This document shows, piece after piece, positions 13,831-28,191 of a stretch of 64,000 nt of DNA. A program made the position numbers and the translations under genes. The DNA is from Callorhinchus milii. Lineage: Eukaryota. The stretch is taken from positions 80,850,001 to 80,914,000 of the forward strand of contig NW_024704742.1 of assembly GCF_018977255.1 (NCBI RefSeq), written 5' to 3'. Each line of letters starts with the position of its first letter. Positions within the stretch are counted from its first letter, which is position 1. The notes under the pieces were generated by a model that saw only the letters and a list, made by a program, of their open reading frames with translations, searched no databases and was not told where the DNA came from.

Positions 13831-15779
13831 AAGGTAAGTATTAAAAAGACAGTAGTTGACCTACTTAATGAGGGAGCTTTGCTATTTGTGGTTTGTGGTG
13901 ATGCTCTTTGAAGCTATTAAATTGAAAGAAATGCATAATATTTGCGTAATACACAGCCATATTTTTTATCTGACTTGGAACGTTTCCCCTAATTTGGATT
14001 AGGGGACTGTGGTTAAAGTTTAATGCATAGTCTTTAATCATTCAATTGTAAACACACCAATTTCAAACAAAATTCCTTCTGTGAGCATATTTTAAATATT
14101 TTCTCTGGTATTTTGGTGCATTTTGAGAATGTTAACTAAAAACACAAACTTGAAATAAGTACAAAGTATTCTACAAACCATAAATAAGATGAAAGTAGTT
14201 CAGTCATTTAAGTAAGTTTATTTTGTTACTCAGTGTTGCTGCCCCTTTAGGCCATCACAATCATGTGAATCTTGTTAAATACTTAGTTTACAGCCAGTGA
14301 AGAAAAAGAGACTGTTTTCTATTGAATATCTCTACCCATCGCATGGTTAGTAAAGAGTCGACTGGTAGCATTGGAAAATAGCCTTTGGTGTGGTTTAAAG
14401 TCCGCCACACAGAGTTGCGGAGCACAAACAAACAAAAAATATTTTTATATAGCACCTTTCACATCAGGCTGACATCCTACAGCACCACAGCACAACACAT
14501 TCCATTTATAACCCTTTAATGTTCAGTTTGCTTAATTCTTGAACAACCTAATCACAAGTGAAAGAACACTGATCTAGTACATTGTCCTACGCTTTCCTTT
14601 GGACCTTTGAAACTATGCCTGGTAAGCTTGCTTAGGATATTGTTTTGTCACTAAATCAATGTGTTATTAAGCCTAAAGAATTATAGAGTATTTAAACGTT
14701 TTCCTGTCATCCACCCTCTCTTGCCTCCATTTAAGCAACTTCAGCTCAGATGAGCTACATTCTCCTCCACGCTGCTTCAAAACTAGTATCCGGAGTGAAA
14801 AAGTTCTGTTGCTGTGAGCTTTTCAGCTAGCATATCTCATTACAGGCTCAGCTGGCAAATTCTAATACGAGCAATTGCAAGGGCATGAACTTGAAATTGC
14901 TCAGTTTTTACAAGTTTTCAACAGTACTCTCTTGTCGTCTGTGTCAGACTTTAGAGGCAACTTGGAATTACACTGCAAGAGCGATACACCCAGTGGTGAT
15001 CCCAATTTCAATGTAACTTCTGTGCCCAACAGTTTGAAGAAGCTGAATTGACACACACAGCTGAAACACTTTGCGATATTGACTATATCTTTACTGATGC
15101 TAATCCAGTTACTTTATACTACTTTGTAGCAAATTCCTTTAAATTATAGTGCACGTTAACTGAAATAACTCTCTTGGGATAACTAACAAAGCTTCATGCC
15201 CACCACCATACTACAAAAGTGTAATACATTTTACCCAATGATTTAAATGATCTGACCAATTCAAGTTTCAATGATTAGAGGTTTTAAATCTGGCATTGAA
15301 GCCAGTTTTTAGCAAATTGATGATCATATTGTTCAAATACTTTCCAGTCAGGCACAGGATAGCAACAAGTATTGTTTTGAATGTTTTGAAACTGAAAAAA
15401 GTAAAGTTACTAAATGCATTTAATATATTTAAGAAAAAAAATATAAAATACAAGTTCCAACTTTTACTTTTATGGGGCAAGTAAAACTGCACTAATCTCC
15501 GAGGAGCCTCTCCGGAACTCAATCTGGCTTCACCATTCACCATGCTTTCCTCACTAAAATGAGACAAACTATTTCAGGACAGATCGCGATTGTCGATTGA
15601 TTCCCATATGAAAATCCTATGTTTAGAATAGAAAACTGCATACTAATGAACCTTGAGATTAATTTGAGCATTCCCCTGCACACTTTGGTCTCCTGGCAGC
15701 TGTCCAAAGTGGAAGATGAATCGAAGCATAGAAGGGAAGTGGGACAAAGCCATGCAATAAGGCTTAAATCATCTTCCTT

Positions 15780-16485
15780 TTACAGGAGAACACAGGTTTC
15801 ACATACACAGGACTTTGAAGGCGGCAGAAGAAGTTGATATAGCTGTTAAAAACCATATGGGATCCTTGGCTTTATATATAGAGTGCAAAAGCAAGCAAGT
15901 TCTGCTAAACCTTTATAAGTCACTGGTTAGGCATCAGCTGGAATATTTGTCCAATTCTGAGTAACACACTTTAGGAAGGATATCAAGACCTTGGAGAGGG
16001 TGCAGAGGAGATTTACCAGAATGGTTCCAGGGATGAGGGACTTTAGTGAAGAGACTAGAGAAGCTGGGATTGTTCTCCTTAGAGCAGAGAAGGTTAAGGG
16101 GAGATTTGACAGAGGTATTCAAGATTATGAGGGGGTTTGATAGAGTAGATAGGGAGAAACTGTTTCCAATGGCAGGTGGGTTGGTAACCAGAGCACATAA
16201 GTTCAATATATTTGGAAAAAGAACCAAAGGACAGATGAGGAGAATTTTTTTACACAGGGATTTGTTAACGTCTGGAATGCACTGCCTGAAAGAGTGAGGG
16301 AAACAGATTCAATAACAACTTTCAAAAGGGAATTGGATAGGAAATTAAAAAGGAAAAACATACAAGGCTATTGGGAAAGAGCGGGGGAGTGGGACTGATT
16401 GGATAGCTCTTCCAAAGAACCAGCACTGGCACGGTGGACCGAATGGCCTCTTTCTGTGCTGTAATTCTTTGATTCTATGAATCTA
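15780..16485 (+). mobile_element. CR1 LINE 3' fragment
   Basis: RLEKLGLFSLEQRRLRGDLTEVFKIMRGFDRVD; tail gattctatgaatc. Confidence 0.9.
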
Positions 16486-17594
16486 GGGTAGTAAAAGTAA
16501 AGGAAATATTTGTGCACAAAAAGCCTCAGAAGTTATTCTGCTCCTTAATGAAAATGATTGCTTATCCATGGAACCCAAGAGAATCTGGAGTAACTTAAAA
16601 TACAGTGTTAAATAAAAACTAATTGTAAATAATGATGATAATGATCTGTTGTCAACCCGAGGAATTAGATTTGGAAAAACATCACATAACCTTTTCACAT
16701 TTGCTGCCATTCCCTTTCAGTTCTGATGATGATTATTTTGATAAGCATAGTAGTGCTGGAAAAAGGCTCCACTGTTTTTCAATGTCTGTAAAAACAAAAC
16801 AGCCACAATGGCTCATATCTTTCATCAATGTCTGTCAGAAATGATAAGGTTGAAAGCTCCTTTTAAGCATGCTCCAGGATGAGATGATTGTTGGAATAAA
16901 AGCCCCACCAGCAGCCTCATGTCGTCTGAGACACAGCCCCATGTGAAGGGTGCAATATAAATGCAAGTTGTTTTGTTATAATGCCAATTCCACAGCAATT
17001 CCACAGCTTTAAGACAAGAATCCCTGATGGGTTTGGCCTATTTGTGCTTGTGAGAGTCTGAGATTAGAAATAACCAGGTCGTCAGTGATGAGAGCCTCTG
17101 CTGCCACCTCTTGAAAGCACTGAACAAGGCAGACAAAATCTAAAATAAGCACTTATAAGACAAATAGGCACTTCATCCATTCAAACAATCTATATTTATT
17201 ATGAACATTTTACTTGCAACATTACAGCTAACCTTCTAATTATGGCAGAAACAGGTCTGTAGTCTTGTAGTTAACACTGAGATGGTGGTACATGGATACT
17301 GAGATTACTGACTGATACGACAGCAACAACTTGCATTTATATAGTGCCCTTCATACAGACTTGCGCTTCGAAGCGCTGTACAATTCTTGTATCTCAAGAC
17401 AAAGTGTGGGTTATGAACTGGCATACTCATTAATAGCTCCCAAAACCTATTGGTATTCACATGAGGCATTTCAATGAAGATTAGCTCAGCACTCAGCTAA
17501 GCTAATGACTTATCTTATAACACAATTACATTGTCCCCCTTCCATTCTGAGAACCAAGTTTCAATCATATTTTTAATTCTCTCTATATTCACAG

Positions 17595-17759
17595 ACTTTA
17601 CAAATGGGTATCATGCACTTCTCAGGACTCTTTGTGATGCTCTGTGTTGGAATCATTGGTTCTCTCCTCGCAACAGTTGGTGAGCACATCATCTATAGAC
17701 TGGTGCTTCCGAGAATCAAAAGAAAACCTAAACTGACGTATTGGCTCCATACAAGTCAG
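17595..17759 (+). CDS. GRIN3A: GluN3A coding exon (M4 helix and proximal C-tail with YWL motif)
   Basis: tcacag|ACT...CAG|gtatga; [55 protein letters not shown]; 165 bp; not in the ORF track, translated by hand. Confidence 0.95.
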
Positions 17760-20104
17760 GTATGAGTGCATATGAGGACATAAAATAACTTGAATACATC
17801 AACATTCAAGCACTGCAATGTAAAATAACTCTGTACATTTATTAATGGATATATTTAGATTTTAACTTTAAACAATTAAAAATGACCTTTATCATCCTTA
17901 ACAATGTTACGATCAATGTACGCTCACAGAAAAAGACTGTAAGATATAATACGAAGAGCAATCAGAATCCTATAGAAGCTAGTCAAACTAACTCAGAAAT
18001 ATTCCTATCACAACATGAAATGGGGAGGACACAGAAAATGAATCCCTTATCCATTCTTTTGTGTATCAATTCCATGAGATTAGTAAAATGTGGCAAAGAA
18101 GCTTCCAACATCACCTTTATCAGCTGCTGGATTTTCCAATTTCCTTGTTTTATTTCATTTAGTGATTGGAAATACATCACTGCATGTTTTTTTTTAATTC
18201 TCAAGTAAACATTTGACTACCTGGAACATGTTTTGAAGCAATTCAAAGTGATAAGACGCTGTAAAATTGCAAGTTTTTTTTTATAAATAAGAGTGTTTCA
18301 AGATATTTACCAGACACTTTTGTACAGACAGCTCCATTACTGTTGAACAACCCCATGTGCTGCATGCAAATATGTGCATACTCTGCATTCACAATTTAAC
18401 AATTTAACCTTTTCAGAAAAGTTGTAAGAACTGCTGTTGTAGGAAATGGAAAAGTCACACTGATACAGTAAAGGGTATTTCCTGACCTTGGGATTAACGT
18501 AGATTGTTTTGGACAGTGTAGGTAAAGTTGTGCTTACTAACAACAATAGTAATCATCCTTGTATTTGATATAGTGTCTTTCCTGTCAGGGGGTCGTCTCA
18601 AAGCACTTCACAGGACGTACTGTAAATAGTACTGATTGTGTATTTTGTAGAGGTTGGCAACAGATTGTTTATATTCTGGGTCATGTAAAAAAACTTCTCC
18701 AAGCATTTCACAAAATTAGATTAATTCAAAATTAAACAAATGTTTTGTATGCAGACAGGAGAGCTAATTTGACCCAGCTCTGTGACTAGTGATAGGGCAC
18801 ACAATGCAGGGTTGCTCAATGCTGACCTTTTGCAAAAGTGTGAATTTGCTCCATTAACCAGATTGCCTTGATAATAACCTGTCACCAGAAAACTTCACAA
18901 TGCAAAACATTGCTTGCGCGTATAAATTGGAGATTTATTGCAGACAGGCACAAGAGTGGTATACTCAGCACATCTCTGGCAATAATCCATTCTAGTTAAC
19001 GTTCCTGGTGAAGATTGTGACATCTGCATTTTAAGTACAGTGAAAAGCAATGGAAACTGCATGAAACTTGCGCACATCAGAATAAGGATTCAATATCGGA
19101 TTAATGTTATTCAAATGTTCATGCAGAGCTCCATCTGGTTTGGATATTCTTGAGCAAGTCTATACAGTACTGTGATTCTGCAGGTTTCTGCATGTGTCAG
19201 ATAAAAACACTTACACAAAGTAGCTATGGGGAGGAATATTCCACTTACTTAATTTGCATAACCAAACTGTTCTGAAAATTGCCATGTGTATTCACAACCC
19301 TTTCAAAATCAGATTTCGTTAGATCCACATTTTGAATTCATAATGTACACATGCAGTGCGATAGGAATTGTCAGCCCAGCAGATTCTTGGGCCTCTGTCA
19401 CATTGTGAGCTGAAAAGATGATTGGAGTTGACTGCAACATGGAATTTACAAGTTGTCTGCATTTCCTGATATTCCTTTTACAGTGATTGAGCACAGTCAC
19501 AGGCCACTCAACTGGTTCAGCAAAGAAGCACAGAAAGTTCTGAGTTTGAAGGTTCTGATGGGGATGTCCTCTCAGCTCTTTGCCAATTCACATTATTTCA
19601 GATCAGTTAACATGTCTCATAGACATCTTATAAATGACGTCGGGGTCAGGAGGAAAGCGGCGTGTCCTTGAGATTAAACTGGAATCAAAGAGATGTGCCC
19701 TCTATAGAAGTAAAAAAAACGAGTCTCAACCTTAATCAATGGAGTAGATGGAGTTGCACAAGTACAATGAGCTAACATTAAAAAAAATCTAATCCTTGAA
19801 TTTGATAGAGAGTGTTTCACATCAGGAAGGCGTTTCAATGCGCCTCACAGAATTTTACTGCAAAATTAAGTGTTTGTGTATTTTGTAGGTGATTACTTGA
19901 AAAAAATCTGTTAAATTGGTAAATCTGGTAAATTGATATTGTTGTGCCACAAAAATGTGTTGACAATGAAATCTCATTTAGAAAATGAATTCACGTTATG
20001 TATTTTGAGTTGAACAAGTAAGGACAGAGCTTCATAAATGTTTAATGAAATCTAAAGTTTTATTCACTAGATATGACTAAAACTGTTTGTGTATTCGTTT
20101 CCAG

Positions 20105-20178
20105 AGATTTCACCGGGCTTTAAATGCATCTATCGCTGATGAAAAATTTCAGCAGAAAGTAAATAGACTGGAAAAGAG
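20105..20178 (+). CDS. GRIN3A: GluN3A coding exon (C-tail)
   Basis: tttccag|AGA...AG|gtaagg; RFHRALNASIADEKFQQKVNRLEK(R), like mammalian RLHRAINTSFIEEK; 74 bp, phase 0 to 2. Confidence 0.93.
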
Positions 20179-21516
20179 GTAAGGAAGCTTGATTGCCATA
20201 TAAATGTTGCAAACCTTTTTAGTAGCTAAATAAATAATTCAACCTTTCTGCCCAATTTTATCTGCCAGTAACTCCACAGTAAGCTAACAAAGTATCTCAA
20301 CAATATCCCCGTCATCCTCACTGTACCATAAGAAGTGACATTGGCAGTAACCTTATGTCCCAGAAGTTGGCGACCTTGGCCTCCCATGTGTCAGCTGGTG
20401 TTTTGTCTGGATGCACCAGCCTTGTGGGGAAGCACTGACCAGCAATCGAGCCCTGTTATAAAGCTGGTTGGGATTTTCTGGATTGCCCTTTTCCCCCTAC
20501 CCCCAACTACTATGTTATAACAGGCTACCCAATGGAGTTCTGCTTTATTTGAATGCACAAAAGAAACAGAACAAGAACACATTTGAGACACTTTTAAGAC
20601 ATGTCCTGCAAATCTATAACATCATACACTGCTCGTGTGAATGTGTGGGGGTGGGGCGTTGGGAGGGGGGGTGGTGGTGTGGTGCACACATGTTGTAAGA
20701 CTATAAAAAAAAGTCTAGAACAAGGAGAGATCTTTGGTTCCATTGAACCAAATCATAATAATCCTTGCATTTGATATAACGCCTTATCATTCGAGATGTC
20801 TCAATGCGCTTTGTAGAATATACTGTAAAGTGAATTGACTGTATATTTAGTGGGCTAAGTTCATGAAACAATCCATGCATCAGACCCTCCCCCCATCCCA
20901 TACTACACACATGCACAGGTGCACAATCTATGCCTTCTACATATCTGTTGAGCGGAAGCCAAGTGTTCATCTCTCATTCCCAGGTGCCTCCGATTTGCCT
21001 CCTCATCTCTCCTCTTTCAGAATACATCTGAAAACATACATCTTTGGTCATTCTTTCAGTTATCCTTCTCTTCACTTTCCTCAGCTCTTGCCAAGCACTT
21101 TCAGACATTTCCTGTGGCTTGTCCAACTAGACCTACCAGTTAGGGCTTTGGGCTATGGAGTGTTATTTAGAGCTGAGTAGGATGACTCCCTATCCCCAGT
21201 GATTGGTCTGCCCATCCAGGTACTGTCATTAAATTGGCTGTGCTGTCATCAGCAGTACCCTGGAATACTAGGACCCACCTGGCTCAGGAACTAGACTACC
21301 AAAACCGCTACAGAGGGCTCCTGACATGAAAGATGCTATAGAAATGTAATTTATAATGTATTATACCTCTGCTTGTACAATTACTATTTCAAGTAAAGGA
21401 AGAAATACATTAATGTGAATAGCACACTCTTTTCTATAGGAGCATAACCATCCAGAAAAGAATGACAGTGTCCAGTTTAAACAAAATTATGTAACTCCAT
21501 CTTCTTTTGTTATCAG

Positions 21517-21853
21517 ATGCAATGTAGGAAATAACCAGCAGGTTGTGTGGAATACTGCCAGTCAAGTAAACTGGAGCAAACGAAAATGCATTTTCCAAGA
21601 GGAACAGCAATCTGAAATTGATTTCAAGCACTGCAAGGATGAACACCTACCCCAAATGGCGAAGGAGCTCCCTGTAGCCATCAATTCCAACGGGAAATCT
21701 GAACCACTTACTAAAGCCCGGAATTCAGTCATTCACGAGCTATCAGAACTGGAGAAACAGATTCAGTTTATTAAGCAGGAACTGCAGAAAGCTATGAGCA
21801 GGAAAAACGAGTTGGAAGAGTATCAGAGAACAGTCAAAAAAACAGAATCATAA
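21517..21853 (+). CDS. GRIN3A: GluN3A last coding exon (C-terminal coiled coil, stop TAA)
   Basis: tttgttatcag|A; (R)CNVGNNQQVVWNTASQ...RNSVIHELSELEKQIQFIKQELQKAMSRKNELEEYQRTVKKTES*; the tail resembles GluN3A rather than GluN3B. Confidence 0.95.
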
Positions 21854-23266
21854 AGGTATTACCGACACTTTGTAGGGAAAAAAGCAAAAGAAATAGTTTG
21901 GTTGGAAATACTTCATTTCATCTCTTGCCTTCACTTGCCTTCTTTTTAACATTGAAGAATTAATGTGAAGATGACCTCGCCCCCCCCACCCACCTTCCCC
22001 CATTCTCTCCGAACTATTTGGTTTCTATCGTGTTTCATCCCCGCTGAGAAAGATGAATTCTGCACAGATTTGGGCTAAGTCTGAACTAGCTTTTTTTGGT
22101 TGGTTGTTTATATTTCTTAATACAACAGATGATGTGCAGTGATCTCAGCTATAGATAAAACAAAGGCAGTACTATTTAAAGGGAACCATTGAGATTTGTT
22201 CAGTAGTATTGATGTTAAAGTTGTTCATTTAGCTGACTCAAGAATTGTTGTTGTCTTTCCTGAACTCCTTCCTACAACGTTGTACGCATCAACACACATG
22301 GACACACAGGCGGAGAATGACCCCAGAACTAAACCTAAGATCTCAATAAAAATAATAATAACCCTTGCATTTCACATATCGCCTTTCACGTCGTCTCAAA
22401 GCGATTCACAGAATTCACTGTAAAGTGTAGTCACTGTGTATTTTTTGTAGGTGAACACTGTAGCTAATTTGTGCACAGCAATGTCCCATGAATAGCCAAG
22501 AAATGAATATTCAATTTTATTTGGGGATTGTTGACCAAGACAAGGGGAGGAACTCTCTTCTCTTTTTGATCTTTAACATTCACGTGAACAAGCAGACCTC
22601 GTGTTAACATTTCATCCAGAGGATGCCACCCACAAGACTACATTGGAGTATTAGCTGAGACAACATGAGTTCAAAGTCCTGACGTGGGGCTTGACATGGA
22701 AGCAAGAGCGCTAGCAACTGAGAAAGGCTGACATTGAATTTTACAATCACCATGGACTGTTTCATGGTATGTAGCAAATGACGACAGATTTGTGCACCTC
22801 AGTCTTAACTGAGGACACTACAACAGCCTGCAAGTTGGGTTAGAGAACCTTATTTTTGGAGATACACCAGAGAGAAGGGGATGGAACTAATGAACGAGTT
22901 CAAGATTTTGTACAGAATATTCTGTTTTGAAGAGTGGAAGTGTTCCATCTAAAGTGTTCCAGAGTTGTTTTTTTATAGACCTACCCCATGGTGGGGGTAT
23001 AGATAGCTTAAATGTTAATTCCTTTTGTGATATTTAGCCCGTTAATGTTTTTGCAGTTACTTTGTAATACAACAGGATACTCTCCAGAGTCTTATTTGAA
23101 ACCATAACTTACACTGTGCCATCTGTAAATTCTTGTGAAAGTAAACTCAATTCGTAATGCACAGTTGTCCCAGAAGTGACTTGCAACAGATCGGTTGAGG
23201 TGTAGATTAGGTAATTGCCATGAATTCAAGAACTGGAAATCTTTTAATCTACAGCCCAGTACTTAT

Positions 23267-23575
23267 AATAATAATAATAATTCTTGCATTTGATTTAGCG
23301 CTTTTCACATCTTCTTGACATCTCAAAGCGCTTCACAGAATAGACTGTAAAGTGAATTGACTGTATATTTGTGGGCGGAACGCGGCAGCCAATTGCGCAC
23401 AGCAGTGTCCCACAAACAGTCGTGGATTGAAATGACCAATTTATTATTTTTTTTGAGGGATTATTATCAGGCGTGTGGAGCAAGGAAACTTGCCCAAGGT
23501 TTCAACCTGCCGGGAATCGAACCCAGGTCTCTCGCTTGCAAAGCAAGTGCTCTAATCACTGAGCTACAGGACTCC
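23267..23575 (-). mobile_element. full-length copy of the same SINE, in probable GRIN3A 3' UTR
   Basis: B box GGTTCGATTCC, same body and tail. Confidence 0.9.
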
Positions 23576-25948
23576 ATGTACAGAGTACAGAGCTGCTTTA
23601 GGTCCACCATCACCTATATGCTGGTCTCAGAGCATCTGCTGCAATTTGAGTGATGCTGCAAAGAGAAAACTTTATTTGCTGACTTTTGAACACAGGTTAT
23701 GCTTCTGATATTTTTTCACCTGATATCTTATCTCAAAAAGATAAGCTGTGACAGTGTATATGAGGTGGTGCAGAAAGAAGCACTATGCTGGTCTCACTTT
23801 TAATTCTTTGAAACATGGAATCCAGTTATTATGTTTATTTCAAGGTTATTGTGAATGAAAAGAACTTTTTATAGTTCGGTACTTTTCTGTAACTCTGTTA
23901 TAGCACTTAATGTTAAATGTTCAGCTCTCCACACAGACCGAATGGTTAAAAGATTGAATCTCGCCCTATGATGAGTTCGCTGATAGGAACATAAGAATTG
24001 CTAGACGAAAAAAGACCTAGGTCCATTGAGTTTGCCTTCTACCGTCCTGGTATTTGCATGTTGCAATAATTGAGATGTTGATAGCAATTAATTCTGCATG
24101 GAATTAATCAGCCATTAATTCTGATCACAGCCAAGGCAGCGGTTAGGGCAATACCATTGGCCTCAGCACCATAGCTTTAAAGAGGAGAAAATCAGCCAGG
24201 TTTCCCTCCTTTTGATGGTTGTCCAGAGTTCCCTGCAGCAAGGTGGGGTCACGTAGATGTTGGGTTTGGACAGGTTCATGCTCAAGCTGGCTTGCCTTAC
24301 CGGAAACATGTAGTATCAAAGCTCCCACATAAAGAATGGCCCTTGAGGCAAACAGCACTGGATGTTTACCAGTGCTTTAGGAACTGTGTCAAAAAAGAGT
24401 CAAAACCTTCTGGGGGATGGGAGAGGGAGATTTAAAAAATTCAAACATTTTAGGAAAAGAACTCCATTTGAAAGCAACAATCAAAACCCATTGCTCTAAG
24501 TGCTTATGCAATGGGAAATAATGGTCTGGATATCTCAGTGAGTTAGAACAGTGTCTTTCATTTCTGGGATTTCAGTCCAGCCCAGAATGACAGAACTCCC
24601 TCTCTCTCTTTCTCACTCTGTTCTGATTTTCTCTGGATCTTAAAATTACATGAATTTTAAGCCATCAGCTCAGCCTCCAGTGAGCATGTATCTCCACTAC
24701 TAAACTTCCTGTCAACTGACATGAACGGGCTGATACAGACTCAAACTGAATATGCTGAGCAGGGCAGATAAGAACATCTGAATCCTGAATTGGTTGGGTT
24801 TTCTTTCACATTTAGCTGACAACAGCAAGATAAGTGTATTCATCGGCTGAGACAAATGTGACTCTTCCACCAAGTCTGTAAATTCATGATGAATGAAGGG
24901 TTGTCCCAAAATCAGTAAGACCAGCTGGTGCAAGAATTTGAATTCTCATAAACAAATGCCTTTATCCATGATGACAATATAAAAGCAAATTTATATAGCG
25001 TCTTTCAGGTTGGGAGAATATCATAAGGCGCTCATGTCTTGGCACCCGAGCTGGAGGGGAAGGCCAGAGTGAAGACACAAGATGATCAAAAGCACGCTCA
25101 AAGAGATAGGTCTTGAGATAGACCTTGAATGAGGTAAGGGAGGAAGGAAATCGGAGGGAGACTCCAGAATGGAGTTCCTAAGAATAGGGGTGGATGGGCT
25201 GAAAGCCTGCCCGCTACTGGTGGGGTGGGTAGGGTGGGGGGCATGAAGCAGGTTGGTGCCAGCTGAGCGGATTGGAAACAAGTGGAGCTCAAGAATCTGT
25301 AGCTTTCTCCATTGTGCTGAAGACCGACCCCAATCTCGGCATAATGGTTGTGGCCCGAGATTTCAGATTTCCGTTTCTTGTTTTCAAACACAAGGAATGG
25401 TGTTTACGTGCAGTGAAAAATTGGGCACCTGCTTAACTCAACCAGTATTCATTGCCTGCTATCGTGAATCGAGAATTCAAGATGACAGATGAACTATTTT
25501 GAAAAGTGGCTTTGTTAAAAACCATTGTGTTGAACTTGGGAAGTGTTTAATCACAAATTGTTAAAGGCAGGTGGCAATTGTCAACCAGTCAATAAGTAAC
25601 ACCAGCGATAGTTTATCGTCGATGATCATTGTGACACTGTTATGTTTTTCTCCATGTGATCTTTTAGTAGTGTTAAAGAATATACCAGGAACCCTTGTTA
25701 GACTGGTAAATGCACGAGCCACAGCAGAACATCTATTTGTATCTTTGAACAGGAGGACATTAAAAATTCAATGGAAAGTCATATTTGAATTGTGCATACT
25801 TTTTTTAATAAGACAGATATGTCTGCCCAAAGCATACGATTTGACTTAACGGCCTGAACTATGTAATAATGTGCAAACAGTATCCCTCGCTTCTCAGGAT
25901 AGAAACACTTCCAACAATCTTTGGTAAAAAAAATGTCTTTATGTCTCT

Positions 25949-25954
25949 ATTAAA
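25949..25954 (+). terminator. candidate GRIN3A polyadenylation signal (ATTAAA)
   Basis: ATTAAA followed by GT-rich ttgttgttgtgtg about 4.1 kb after the stop; motif evidence only. Confidence 0.3.
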
Positions 25955-26107
25955 TGTAAATGCATTGTTGTTGTGTGATAACATGGTGTCTCCTGCATTT
26001 CATTTTCACTTAGTGATATGAGGACTTTTTCTTCCTTTGTTCTTTGATGATAACCAATCCATTTTTAAAACTTACTTTTGTAGGATTTTACATTGTCATT
26101 TTAATGA

Positions 26108-26605
26108 TGATAAATAAAATAATCCTTGCATTTGATATAGCACATATCACGTCTTCGAGAAGTCTCAAAGCAATTCACAGAATATACTGTAAAGTGAATT
26201 GACTGCATATTTTGTGGGTGAAACGCAGCAGCCAAATATGTACAGCAGTGTAGCATAAAGAATAATAATAACAATAACAACCAAAAACAATGATAAATTG
26301 GTCATTTTCAATCTACGACTGTTTGTGGGACATTGCTGTGCCAATTGGCTGCCGCGTTCGCCCACAAATATACAGTCAATTCACTTTACAGTGTGTTCTG
26401 TGAAGCGCTTTGGGACGTCCTCCCGTCATGAAAAGCGCTATATCAAATGCAAGGATTATTATTATTATTATTAAACAGTCGTGGATTGGGTAACCAATGT
26501 ATTTTTTTGAAGGAATTCTTTACCCTGGAAAAGCAATCCGCCAATCGACTAACAACTGGATTCCCATTTACTGCTAGGAATCGAACCCAGGTATCTCACT
26601 TGCAT
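26108..26605. mobile_element. young SINE (+, 26262-26472) nested in older SINE (-)
   Basis: Minus copy stops near 26255 and resumes at aacagtcgtggattgg (26474). Confidence 0.85.
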
Positions 26606-27877
26606 TCATTTTGTACATAAAGTTTGGCACTACTCTCTTCCCCATTATAGCAATGCTTGTACACCCTATGTGAGTGTAGTGGCACTACTCTACGCATGGT
26701 CATTTGGACCCTCTTGCACAAGAGGGCCTTTGTGAGGGAGAATGTTGATCATTCACAATTTGTTTCCCCTTAAATAGTGATGTTGACCTAAATAAGTCAC
26801 ATTACAGTGTCTGCAGGTTCCGTTTCCTGTAATATTCAGAGGTAATCAATACCTGCTGTACAATTATTGATTGTGATATGCCTTCTGCTTGTGATATATA
26901 TACTGCTGACCATTTTGTTTATTTTCTCTCATGAAATATTATTCATGTGGGCAGTGGGAAAATTTCCGTCAGCTTCCATAAGTGGACAATTAGGCAGAGG
27001 ATCAATTGCTTGTGGGACACTTTGATATTGATCAAACTGTCAACTGGAGCCATTCACAAAATACTGATCTGGATTTACCTGCTGCAATAAATCCGGAATG
27101 AAAGATGATGTGAGTTCTGGTGACAACACATCATCCTGATATATGATAATAATCCTTGCTCTGTTATAATAATAAATAATAATCCTTGCATTTGATATAG
27201 AGCCTTACCATATTTTGTGGGCGAAACGTGGCAGCCAATTGGGCACACTAGTCTCCCATAAACATTCATGTATTGAGTGACCAAATTATTATAGCACCTT
27301 AATATGTCGTAAAGATGTCTCCAAGTGCTTTATAGGATTTTACTGTAATGTGCTGTGACTGTGTTTTTGAAGGCAAATGTGGCAACCAAATTGCACACAT
27401 CAATGTCCCATAAAAACCATGAAGTGAGTGACCAATTTTATTTGGGGGAATTGCTGGCCCTTACACCGGGACAAACTCCCCTATCTTTTCGAATAGTGGC
27501 ATGTGATCTTTAATTTGAACAGGTAGATGGGATCTCTGTTAAACCTATCATCCAAGGGACACACTTCCAATATTGCAGCACACCCCCAGCACTAGATTGG
27601 AGCATCAGCCAAGACAGTAAGTTCAAAGACCTGGTATGGGGCTCAAACCCATAACTGTCTGAGCCAGGCTGACATGGATGTTGTGTCACGTGTATATTGT
27701 GCCAACAAGAAGCATGTTGCTCAATGCATACTTTCAGCCACCTATTTGCAGCCACCTATTCGCTTCCATGTTATAGGGTTGTTAAATTTCCTGTCTTCTG
27801 AGTCCCTTTTGTCTGAACAATTTTATCTTGACAAAGATGAGGTTTGAGTTATGAATTTGGATGCAGCATTTGATGTA

Positions 27878-28191
27878 ATAATAATAATAATCCTTCCATT
27901 TGATATAGCGCTTTTCACGTTTTCTAGACGTCTCAAAGCGCTTCACAGAATAGATTGTAAAGTGAATTGACTGTATATATGTGGGCAAAACACGACAGCC
28001 AATTGCGCACAGAAGTGTCCCACAAACAGTCATGGATTGAAAATGATCAATTTATTATTGTGTTTTTTTGGAGGGATTATTATTAGGCATGTGGAGTAAA
28101 GAAACTTGCCCAAGGTTTCGCCCTCTGCCTGGAATTGAACCCAGGTCTCTCACTTGCAAAGCGAGTGCTCTAACCACTGAGCTACAGGACT
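27878..28191 (-). mobile_element. full-length copy of the same SINE
   Basis: A box TAGCTCAGTGG, B box GGTTCAATTCC, same body and (att)n tail. Confidence 0.9.

Noticed and set aside
28120..28191. tRNA-Ala(TGC)-like gene on minus strand (also 23505-23575, 60245-60316)
   Set aside because: A and B boxes are present but the acceptor stem does not pair and each copy runs into the same SINE body; these are SINE heads
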